A stretch of DNA of 64,000 bases. It comes from Octopus sinensis (taxonomy: Eukaryota). A program made the position numbers and the translations under genes. The stretch spans positions 43,836 to 107,835 of the forward strand of contig NW_021834232.1 in NCBI RefSeq assembly GCF_006345805.1, written 5' to 3'. Positions 49,951 to 61,911 of this stretch are shown here, one piece after another (position 1 is the stretch's first letter; every line of letters begins with the position of its first letter). The notes under the pieces were generated by a model. That model was given only the letters and a program-made list of their open reading frames with translations. It was not told the DNA's origin and searched no databases.

Positions 49951-50609
49951 TGTGGGAAGAAGATGTAGTCTTTATGTGTGTGACCAGCTGACACTTTCGG
50001 TCGATGTTTTTCCATTGACGTTGTTTTGACCTTATTGGACGTGTTAATTAGACTGACCTCAATTAATTTAGTTATAAATTTAAAGTTGTATAATTACTGA
50101 TTAACCATGTAATTCCACTGATTGCACTCCAACGCGAACTTAACTTGTCCCTCAGGCCTTCTTATGCAGCCAAACCACAGATTATTAGTGGATTATTGCA
50201 ATTCATAGTGAGATAGTCCAGCACTATAAGTCGCCAGTCACAGTCTACCATAAGCCATTTGAATTTGTGATGAAAGTAGAGTGGGGTGACTGACCATGCA
50301 GAATTCCGTTTCTCTTCGACGGAACTGATCCCTGTGTCATTATCTTTTAAATAAATTCTCCCTTATCGTCGCTTTGCCAGTTCGGAAGTTTCCATTAAAT
50401 CTCGGCACAGACATTTTCTTCTTTCTTTGCTTCTTTATTCGATTAGTTAGCTGTGACTGTTTTTGCTGGGTTTGCTATGCAAGCTTGGAGATAAATAAAA
50501 AAAATTAAATCACAGACACCTCGAAATGAAGACGAGTGAATCAAACCAAAATGGGGAGATGAATTTTGAGCTGATTGTTTTTGAAATATTGAGAGGGTTG
50601 ACAAGTAGG

Positions 50610-53300
50610 TAATATATTACGCAATTTATTACATAATCTCAAGTACCCTCGTATTGCTAAATCTAGGGAACTCCCCAAATTATATATTACGCAATTTATT
50701 ACATAATTTATTACATATTCTCAAGTACCCCAAAATTCACAAAACTAGGCACCTCCCTAAAATTGCATAATATATTACGCAATTTATTACGCAATCTATT
50801 ACATAATCTCAAGTATCCTCGTATCTTCACATCTTGGCACCTCACAAAATTGCATAATATATTACGCAATTTATTACATAATCTCAAGTACCCTCGTATT
50901 GCTAAATCTAGGGAACTCCCCAAATAGCATTATATATTACGCAATTTATTAGATAATTTATTACATAATCTCAAGTATTCCAAAATTCACAAAACTAGGC
51001 ACCTTCCTAAAATTGCATAATCTCACATATGCTCACATCTAGGGAGCTCCCAAAATTGCATAATATATTACGTAATTTATTGCATAATCTCAAGTACCCC
51101 CATATTCGAACAGTTAGGGACCTCCCAAAATTGCATAATATATTACGTAATTTATTGCATAATCTCAAGTACCCCCATATTCGAACATTTAGGGACCTCC
51201 CAAAATTGCATAATATATTACGTAATTTATTGCATAATCTCAAGTACCCCCATATTCGAACAGTTAGGGACCTCCCAAAATTGCATAATATATTACGTAA
51301 TTTATTGCATAATCTCAAGTACCCCCATATTCGAACATTTAGGGACCTCCCAAAATTGCATAATATATTATGTAATTTATTGCATAATCTCAAGTACCCC
51401 CATATTCGAACAGTTAGGAACCTCCCAAAATTGCATAATATATTACGTAATTTATTGCATAATCTCAAGTACCCCCATATTCGAACATTTAGGGACCTCC
51501 CAAAATTGCATAATATATTACGTAATTTATTGCATAATCTCAAGTACCCCCATATTCGAACATTTAGGGACCTCCCAAAATTGCATAATATATTACGTAA
51601 TTTATTGCATAATCTCAAGTACCCACATATTCGAACATTTAGGGACCTCCAAAATTGCATAATATATTACGTAATTTATTGCATAATCTCAAGTACCCCC
51701 ATATTCGAACATTTAGGGACCTCCCAAAATTGCATAATATATTACGTAATTTATTGCATAATCTCAAGTACCCCCATATTCGAACATTTAGGGACCTCCC
51801 AAAATTGCATAATATATTACGTAATTTATTGCATAATCTCAAGTACCCCCATATTCGAACAGTTAGGGACCTCCCAAAATTGCATAATATATTACGTAAT
51901 CTATTGCATAATCTCAAGTACCCCCATATTCGAACAGTTAGGGACCTCCCAAAATTGCATAATATATTACGTAATTTATTGCATAATCTCAAGTACCCCC
52001 ATATGCTCACATTTAGAGACCTCCCAAAATTGCATAATATATTACGTAATTTATTGCATAATCTCAAGTACCCACATATTCGAACAGTTAGGGACCTCCC
52101 AAAATTGCATAATATATTACGTAATTTATTGCATAATCTCAAGTACCCCCATATGTTCACATTTAGGGACTTCCCAAAATTGCATAATATATTACGTAAT
52201 TTATTGCATAATCTCAAGTACCCCCATATTCGAACAGTTAGGGACCTCCCAAAATTGCATAATATATTACGTAATTTATTGCATAATCTCAAGTACCCCC
52301 ATAATCGAACATTTAGGGACCTCCCAAAATTGCATAATATATTACGTAATTTATTGCATAATCTCAAGTACCCCCATATTCGAACATTTAGGGACCTCCC
52401 AAAATTGCATAATATATTACGTAATTTATTGCATAATCTCAAGTACCCCCATATTCGAACAGTAAGGACCTCCCAAAATTGCATAATATATTACGTAATT
52501 TAAGGCATAATCTCAAGTACTCCCATATTCGAACATTTAGGGACCTCCCAAAATTGCATAATATATTACGTAATTTATTGCATAATCTCAAGTACCCCCA
52601 TATTCGAACATTTAGGGACCTCCCAAAATTGCATAATATATTACGTAATTTATTGCATAATCTCAAGTACCCCCATATTCGAACATTTAGGGACCTCCCA
52701 AAATTGCATAATATATTACGTAATTTATTGCATAATCTCAAGTACCCCCATATTCGAACATTTAGGGACCTCCCAAAATTGCATAATATATTACGTAATT
52801 TATTGCATAATCTCAAGTACCCACATATTCGAACATTTAGGGACCTCCCAAAATTGCATAATATATTACGTAATTTATTGCATAATCTCAAGTACCCCCA
52901 TATTCGAACATTTAGGGACCTCCTAAAATTGCATAATATATTACGTAATTTATTGCATAATCTCAAGTACCCCCATAATCGAACAGTTAGGGACCTCCCA
53001 AAATTGCATAATATATTACGCAATTTATTGCATAATCTCAAGTACCCCCATATTCGAACAGTTAGGGACCTCCCAAAATTGCATAATATATTACGTAATT
53101 TATTGCATAATCTCAAGTACCCCCATATTCGAACATTTAGGGACCTCCTAAAATTGCATAATATATTACGTAATTTATTGCATAATCTCAAGTACCCCCA
53201 TAATCGAACAGTTAGGGATCTCCCAAAATTGCATAATATATTACGCAATTTATTGCATAATCTCAAGTACCCCCATATTCGAACAGTTAGGAACCTCCCA
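50610..53300. repeat. 75-bp satellite array (~30 homogeneous units from ~51050, diverged units to the left)
   Basis: Unit CCTCCCAAAATTGCATAATATATTACGTAATTTATTGCATAATCTCAAGTACCCCCATATTCGAACA(G/T)TTAGGGA; period read from TAATATATTA at 51061, 51136, 51211. Confidence 0.97.
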
Positions 53301-56090
53301 TCTTAAATCGAAAACGACGACTAAAAAAACGTTTAAAAATTTACTGGAACTGGTGGCGCTCGTTATGGAGGACAGTCACCAAAACTTGACGAGATGAGCG
53401 TTTTACGCTTATCAACGCCCGGTCAATTCGGAAACGGGCTACGGAGCTAACCTACTTGGTTAGCTCGGTAAACATGGACATATTGGTTGTTAATGAAACG
53501 AAGCTTAAGGGAAATCAGCATCATAAAATCCATGGTTTTCAGTCGATTGATATCCCATGGCGACCTGACGCAGTGGCTGGCACTGGGACATCCATATATT
53601 ATAAAGACAATCTGATGGTGAGGGACTTGAAAATCGTCGAACAAAATTTGTGCGAACTGATTACATTGAAACTACTAACATCCCTTGGATGGATATCTGT
53701 CGGAGCTATGTACTCCAAAGCAATGAAGATTATCAAAATCTTATTGAAGAATTTTTCCAGAACAATGATAGAGGAATTCTAATAGGAGACCTTAACGCAA
53801 AACACACATCGTACGGATGTGCCAACACAAATTCGGACGGTAATATACTCCTCAGATTATCGGAGAACTGCGGTTTTAGTGTTTTGACCTCACGAGAACC
53901 AAACCACTTCTCTTGTTATGGAGAGGATTGTATTGGAGTTTTCCTCGTATCGGCAGATCTTGTTCATCAATGCAGCATACCAAGGATTGAGATAAACATT
54001 GGTAGTGATCACCTACCTCAATCCTTGTGTATGCGAACATCATCTACGATATGCGAAGATCTGTTTATCGGATACGATACGTCTCGGACAATCTGGTCGG
54101 ACCTTGAGGTATCAATGAAAAAGCATTTGACACCGTATCCAATACAAAACATCTCTTCGAATATACAAATTGAAAAACTTGATAAAATTCTCAGAGAAGC
54201 TATACTGGACTTTCTCCGAAAATCTTCAATCAGGAAATACATCATGTCAAATACTAACAGAAAAACCCGGATTGACGAATCTTTGGGAAAACTTATAAAA
54301 TGGAAGGGAAACCTTGAAAAGAAGCTAAGACGATGCAGTGACCCCATAGATCGTATTCGTCTTCGGGATAAGATTCGTACCGTGAAAATAGAGATAAATG
54401 ATGTCGCAAAAAAACATTCAGACCTTGCTTGGAAGAGTCAATGCTCGAAACTGAATAAGAAAAACCCTCATTTTTGGAAGGTTTTCAACCTGAGTAATAT
54501 GGAGAACAAAGGAGAAGAGATCCGACTAAAAACAACTGAAGGAATAGATATCCCGCTCGATGAAGTTCCCTCACATCTGCGAAGTCAACTGGCAAAAGTT
54601 CAAGAGGTGGATCCGATCGACATGGTTCCGAAAGAAGTTATATGTGAGGCTCAGAGAAGTCTAAGAGCTAATTTGAGTCATACGGGACCACTGTGCAGAG
54701 ACATAACGTTGGAAGAAACGTATGCCGCAATTATGAGCTGCAAGAATAATGCACCCGGCCATGACTACATTCCAATTTCTGTATTCAAACATGCTCCAAA
54801 TATTCTCCTACGATACTTGACCGCACTATACAATGCAAGCTGGAGACTTGGATACGTACCGGACTCTTGGAAAAAGTCAATCGTACGTATGATTCCAAAG
54901 CCTGGAAAAATAAAGGACCATGCAGAGAACTATAGGCCGATAAGCCTAATATGCTCCGTCTCTAAAATTATGGAACGGATTGTCTTCACAAGACTTTCGA
55001 ACTTCGTAGAGGAATCAGGTGCACTTGCAGTAGAGCAGTGGGGATTCCGACGAAAAAGATCCTGTGGTGATTGTTTCGGAGAACTCGAGAAAGTCATCTC
55101 GCTTAGTCTTGCTAATAATACAGCGACTATTGCTATCTGCCTCGATGTCTCAAAAGCTTTTGACAGCGTATGGCACCTGGGCCTCTTGGAAAGTGTCGCC
55201 AAGAGCAAACCCGGGTCTAAAACGGTCAATTGGCTGAAGAGCTATTATCAATGAGAAGGTCATACATACGATGCGGAAACCGTTTGTCGGAATCTGTCGA
55301 TCTCAAAAGAGGGGTACCTCAAGGCTCGGTCTTGAGCCCCCTGCTTTTTAATATTTACGTTGCTGATATTCCAAAACCGAAAGATCCTACCAGTCGTCTC
55401 ATGATCTACGCGGACGACATATTAATAACGGATGCTTCGTGGAGAAAAGACATCTCGTGGAGGAAGTTAAAAGGATACGTGACAAGAGTGGAAGAATGGT
55501 GCATATCAAAAGGACTGACGCTTGCAAAAGAAAAGTGCACCGCCACTTGGATTGCAAAACAGGGAGCAAAACGAAAACCGCGAGAAACCTCTATGGGTTT
55601 ACAGTAACGGAGAACCTGAAATACCTTGGGGTTGAAGTTGGATCCAAGGGTTCTTACTTCAGATACATCGACTCGAGGAGAAGGAAATGCGCTCAAATTC
55701 TCAGGAGCATAATTCACTTCCACCTTTCCCCGGAAACGTTTTTATATGTTTATAAAACGTGCGTCGAACCATTGCTTACCTACGGGTTCGAGAGATGGTA
55801 TCCTACTGCTGAAAGGGATGGCATTATCGCTAAGCTCGAAAAGACGAGGCGATATGCCATCAAATTGGCAAATGGACTCCAGTTGGACCAACCCATCCCT
55901 CAAGTGATGGAAGACGCGACGGAAACGGTTGGAAGTGTTCTTTAGAGAGCCTTTCCTCTCGAATTAAATATTAAAAAAAAAAAAAAAAAGAGGGAAACAA
56001 CGAAGAAGAGGCATACGTTGTCTCATTAACTTTCTCCCTCTTTTTTCGGCTTTTCCGTTAATAAAAATTCATTCATTATTCATTCATTCA
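53301..56090 (+). mobile_element. 5'-truncated Jockey/I-group LINE inserted in the satellite
   Basis: ORF1 tail, then APE (INARS, NETK, GDLNA, SDHLP) and RT (QGSVLSPLLF, YADD) with frameshifts. AATAAA plus a (TTCA)n tail at 56068-56090; the satellite resumes at 56091. Confidence 0.92.
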
Positions 56091-56158
56091 TATTACGTAA
56101 TTTATTGCATAATCTCAAGTACCCCCATATTCGAACATTTAGGGACCTCCTAAAATTG
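56091..56158. repeat. Terminal 75-bp satellite unit to the right of the LINE
   Basis: TATTACGTAATTTATTGCATAATCTCAAGTACCCCCATATTCGAACATTTAGGGACCTCCTAAAATTG. Confidence 0.92.
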
Positions 56159-58557
56159 TAACAATTATTAATTGGATATTAACAATTAGCGGAGCTAATA
56201 TAGCTCGTTAACGAAGCCAGTCGAAATTCCTGTAGTGTTCGGATAGTTCAGAATATACTGAACTGAATAATTCTTCTGCTGTATTCACATATATACATAA
56301 TTCTTCCGGTAGACTGATTTTCTGATCCTGTATATCTGAAGTAATTGCCCCATTTCCAATATCTAAAAGGATATTTGGAAATATGCTATTGACGCCTTGT
56401 AAATGTGCACGTACATTTACATCTAAGCTTACCTTTTTGACGTGTGTCCACAGGTATGACGATTGAGGCAGGCATTCAATTCATCCGCAGGCGTCCCTCT
56501 TTGAATAATTGGCAGAGTTTGTCTAAAATCACTGCCAATACAACTATTGCTCCATCAAACAACAGTTCCTCACAATTCTTGATATCTCTATATGTTCTGT
56601 CGACTGCTTCGAATGCGCCCTTATGAGCCATTGTGCATTCATCCCAAACAATTAATCTAGAATTCATAATTCTATAACCCGCAACTGAATTTTTTTCACA
56701 TTACAAACCGGTTCAGTATTGTAAGACAGGTTCAAGGGAATATTGAATGTTGAATGTGCTGTTCGACCTCCATCTAAAAGAGTTGCAGCAATTCCAGACG
56801 ATGCAACTGCTAATGCTATTTGATTGTCGCTTCTCACCTTTGCTAACAATAAATTTAGAAGAAAGGTCTTACCTGTATCACCTGGTGCATCAATAAAGAT
56901 GATAGAACCATTTTCTTCTTGGATGACTCGGTTAATTTCTCTGTATATTTCCAACTGCCCAGGTAATAAGCTTTGTTCTCTTTCTTCCACAATTTTTTGA
57001 AGTTCTTCTAAATTATAATGCTCATCTAAAGAATTTATATTATGAAGATCACTGATTGTTAAACCAAAATCACTTACACTCTTACCTACGACAGATATTA
57101 GCAATCTGTCTATCATGATTATGTCTATCATGCGGCTTCTATTAAAGTCTGATTCCAGTGGTTGTCATCCTCTAAAAGACCTAATTTAAAACAGGCTTCT
57201 CTGTATGTTTCGCAGAGTACACCATTGACAGTCCGCAGATCAGTGAATGATTCTGGCCCTCGAATGTTGTGCAAAAGTAACCTAACACAATAACATTCAA
57301 AATTATTTGGATGCACGGTATATACTCTACCCAATGCATCCGTACTTACAATACCGTTATGCCCGTTTACTGGCTCTCCTCTAATCCTTCTTTTAAATTT
57401 CTTTCCGGCCACTTCCCACGTATAATATCTAGGAACATCAACATAATAAATTGTCTTCGCAAATTCATCAGTCCGACATAATTCCATGTAGGCCATAAGC
57501 GTTGAATTTTTTGGATTCATAACTTGATTAGGGGCAGTTTCTTCTGTAAAATATATCCTTTGTCTATTTTCCAAGTGCACCGCTAAATGCATTACTAATG
57601 GATATCTTTCATGAATCGGATATCCGAAAATTCTCCATGTTCCTTCATTACTGCAGATGAATCGTCCATGCTGAAAAAAGCTTGGCTCGTCACGCTGCTC
57701 AATTGTAAAAATTGCTTGATCCGACCCTTTATTAATGTATTTACATACATATTTAATTGATCTAATAGAATTACAAAATTCAACATTAATATGAGCATCA
57801 AAAATCTTACATAACAGTGGATAATAAGGCACCACCCACCTGTTGTTAACTGTTATTTCATTTTCTTTTCCTTCTTTAACTTAAAAGATGATTCGGCATT
57901 CCAGAAGGATCAAAGGAGTTTAAAAAATCAATCCGGTTGAATTTTTAGAAAATAACAAAAAAAATAAAAAAAACAAATAAAAATAAATAATTTAAAAACA
58001 AAAAAAAACTTTAAAAAATTGTAAAATAGAATAAACAAAAAAAATCTATGCCGCCACGGCAAAACCTGTCTAATTTTTTTAACAGCCAATTAAGATAATG
58101 CTTAAGAGCCTTTATAGTCCGGAGATTTAGCTTAGTGACCTTGATTAGACAAACCACTGGCGGAAATGGGGCAGGCGCAGATGCAGCAGGCAGAGTAGCA
58201 GCAGCCAAAAAAGCGACACACAAAAAAGATTTAATTAATTACCTTAAGCTGACCGTTTTTATCTTCAGCTTCGTTTTTCCTCCTTCGGTTATCTATTTAA
58301 AAATTAATTTTTTTGAATAATAAAAAATATTAGGAAAAAAGAGGCATACAGAAAATAAATTCTATCTTTACGAAAAACTTCTTTCTTAAGGTCGTCTTCC
58401 TCCTTCGGTTATCTATTGAAAAAATTATTTTTAAATAATAAAAAAGTTTAGGAAAAGAGGCATACCGAAAATAAATTCTATCTTTACGAAAAACTTAACT
58501 AAATAGTTAATATTTTTACGCAAATTCTTCTGATTGTGCTGTCAATTGTGGTAAATT

Positions 58558-61500
58558 TTTTTTTTTTTTTTTTTTTTTTTTTATATGTAATTAACAAATA
58601 GTTATTAACTAACTAAATTCCCGCATCGTAAATGGAAACACAGTTTCCACGTACTATGGCCAAGGAAATCCTTTCGAAAAGCCACTTGGACTCGCGTGGG
58701 TCTCCCCGTTTATGGGAGATCATGCGGCAAGCTTTTTTAGAAAGGAAAGAGACTTTTCGCCGATGACGCCGGAAGTCTCGACGGCGATGGAGTGAACAGA
58801 TACCGTTCAGAGAGCTCCTTGTACTTTCAATCTTCATCTTCTCGGTTTTGCGAGAGACTGAGCCAGGCTCGACAGCTGAAGAAGGAAGGTTGAGCTCCGA
58901 GAAAGTGTCTGAACACTTTTGCACGTTGCACGTTGTTGTTGTGGTGCACTTTTTCAGTATATTTGTCAACCTATCTTATCTTTTTCTTTCATTTTATCTC
59001 TCCATCTATCATTTCTTTTTCTTTCATTTTATTTGTCCTTCTATCTCTTCCATTTCTTTATTTCATTTCTTTCTGTCCTTCTTTCTTCTTTCTTTTCTAT
59101 TTCTTTTTTATACATTTCCATCTTTCTTTTCTATTTCTTTCCTACGATGGCTATTTGCTCTTCGTGCAAAACTAACAACGATCGGAAGAAAGGTAGATAC
59201 TGTTCTGGCTGCAACAGTTTCTTCCACCTTTCGTGTGTTCGACTTTCCAGGCACGTTTCAGCTTCTCTCATAACCTGGAACTGCCCTGTTTGTCGTTCTT
59301 GCAGGCCGTTCCCGGCCAACAGTCCGCCGGAAATCCCTGCTGAAAGTCCATCTCCGTCAGCCGAAGATGCTTTAAGATTCATCTATTCTTCTCGCTGTAA
59401 CCGCAAAATTCCGGCACGGATACACGAAGGCAGCGAGGATTCAAGCTGCTCTCTCTTTGTCCACAGCTATAAACCGCGCTTTGTCATCTAATGACCAGTC
59501 TGACTGGTTACTCCTTTTGGTTTTGCTGTTTTCGGTATTGGGATCCAACCCTCCCGGCCCGACAGCGAGTCTAAAAAACTTTCTCCCGCATCGATTATTA
59601 AACAGCAACTCGCCCTATTCGATCATTGTACTTCTCTGTTTCCCTCCCAGTTCGATTCCCTCCACTCTGACTCTCACAAATGTGTCGCCCCTTCTGTGGT
59701 TAACACTAAAACTTCCTCCGATTGCATTTACCTCCGTCGTAAGGTGAACAGCAAGCTGTTGGACGGCGACGTCCGCGGAGCTGTCAGACTTGTTGCCTCC
59801 TCTAACCGGCTTTTGTCCACATCTCCCTCCGCATTGTCTAATTTGAGATCCAAGCACCCCAGTCCTCCAGTAAACTCCCGCACCCAACCCGCTGTCGATA
59901 CGACCGCCCTTCCGCAACTGCTGGTTACCGCTTCACAGGTTGAGAAGGCACTGAAAAGTTTTTCCCCAAGCAGCAGTGGGGGTATAGATGGGCTGAAGCC
60001 CGGACACATTAAAGACTTGACTTCACCTCTTACTGCTGAGGCAGGTCGTCTCCTCTTGGAATCTATCACCAATCTCTGTAACCGTCTTATCGGTGGGAAT
60101 TTACCGGATTTTGCCCGGGCGATTTTCTTCTCGGCTAATCTCACTGCTTTGGGCAAAAAAGATAACGGGGTCAGGCCGATCGCCGTGGGTAATGTTTTCC
60201 GCAGATTGGCCGGAAAGCTCGTTTGCCACGTTGTGATCCCCGAGTTGGTTCCGAAATTTTTGCCAGTCCAATTGGCGTCGGCGTCAGTGGAGGGTGTGAA
60301 TCGGCTGCCCATGCCGTAAGAGAACTTATGGATTCTTCATTGGAATATCTTTTAGTTAAACTGGACATATCAAATGCGTTTAACACAGTGAGACGGGATC
60401 ATTTGCTCGAGACCTGCCTTTCTCTCGCCCCCTCCGCTTATCCTCTAGTCCACCTTTCGTACTCACAACCCAGCCTCCTCCTGTTTGGCGATTCCTTTAT
60501 CGTCTCATCGACCGGAGTGCAACAGGAGATCCCCTGGGGCCTTTCCTATTTGCTATGTGTGTCAACTCCGTCGCTCATTCTGTCCGCTCTCCGGTAAATA
60601 TCTGGTACTTGGACGACGCGACGATTTGTGGACCTCCCCGCTCTGTCTTAGACGACCTGCGGAGCATTATCCCGGCCCTTTCATCCATCGGTCTGGAGAT
60701 AAACTCAAGCAAGTCCGAAGTCCTAAACCTGAATATTCCTTCCGATTTTTTGCCGAAACTCTGGACGCCCTGGAACCTATTCTAAAAGGCGCGCGGGTAT
60801 CAGAAACAAAGGACCTTGTAATCCTTGGTTCGCCAATTGGTCACGAGGCCCTCTCACAAACGCTCATCGCCAAGGCAAGCAATCTGTCAAACATGATCGA
60901 ACGGCTTTCCCTCATTGATGCCACGTCGGGTTCTTTCTTCTGCGTAACTATTTCTCAACTCCGAGGCTTTTGTACACCCTAAGGAGTTCTCCTTGTTTTC
61001 GCATGCCTAATCTGTTATCCGATATCGATTCTATCTTGAAGTCTGGAGCCGAGTATCTGTGTAACAATCCATTTCGACGCTCTGGGGTGGCTTCAATCTT
61101 CCCTGCCTGTTAATCTCGGGGGGATTGGCCTTCGTTCGCCCGTTTATCTGGCTCTTCCTGCCTTCCTCTCGTCCCTGGCATCATCCCGTGCCCTCACTGA
61201 CATCGTTCTCAGAAACCTTCCCGAACGAAAAATGTCAGTTGATCACGTGGCCGCTCTGGACCTTTGGGATTCATTGTACAACAAAAGACCCAGTGACCCG
61301 TGTATCCAAGCTCAATGGGATGCCATTTCTTGTGAAGCTCTTGACGTACATCTACGCAAAAATTTCGATCAGCACAGACTTGCATGTCTCCGCGCAGGCT
61401 GCTGCACAGGGAGTGGGGCCTGGCTGGATGCTCTCCCTGTCCCTTCCACCGGTAACCTACTAGACAAAGATTGCCTACGAATTGGTTTATCATTGCGTCT

Positions 61501-61773
61501 TGGATTGGAAATCTGCGAAATACACAAATGTCGTTGTGGTGCTGTCATTGACCGTTTTGGTCTACATCCCCTTTCTGTCGTCGCAGTGCAGGGCGCGCAC
61601 CACGCCATGCAGCACTTAACGACGTTATTCAGAGGGGGCTCACGGCCGCTGGGATTCCATCAATCCTCGAACCCGTCGGGCTTGCGAGGGGAGACGGAAA
61701 AAGACCCGACGGCCTATCGACTTTCCCGTTTGAGTTCGGCAAGTCTCTGTTATGGGATGCGACGTGTTCAGAC
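58558..61773 (-). mobile_element. PHD-CRE-like element with 5' inversion (3' end minus at 58558-58916; body plus at 58954-61773)
   Basis: 13-bp TSD ATTGTGGTAAATT at 58545-58557 and 61774-61786, single copy at 32905-32917. Poly(T) at 58556-58582. Both pieces share GTGTTCAGAC at the TCSD codons. Confidence 0.9.
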
Positions 61774-61911
61774 ATTGTGGTAAATTGTGTTAATGATTGT
61801 GCTAATGTGGTTTCAACTATCAAAGTGTTTTTCAAAATCTGTTAATTGCACACTCTATTCAAGGTCGTGCAATCTGTAATTGCACATTCTGTCAAGTCAA
61901 ATATGATAATA

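Noticed and set aside
51007-53306. Long 25-aa-periodic ORFs on both strands with an LRR-like look (TFRDLPKL; YLRLCNKLRNI)
   Set aside because: They do not fit LxxLxLxxNxL spacing, both strands are open only because 75 is a multiple of 3, indels near 51650 and 52460 break the frames, and unit variants are non-synonymous. Satellite is the simpler reading.
33764-61786. Sequence-specific targeting of CRE-like elements (e.g. spliced-leader RNA genes, as in trypanosomatids)
   Set aside because: The flanks and TSDs (ATTGTGGTAAATT, CTATTCT, ATTAAAA) share no motif beyond AT-richness, and no SL-RNA-like gene was recognised.
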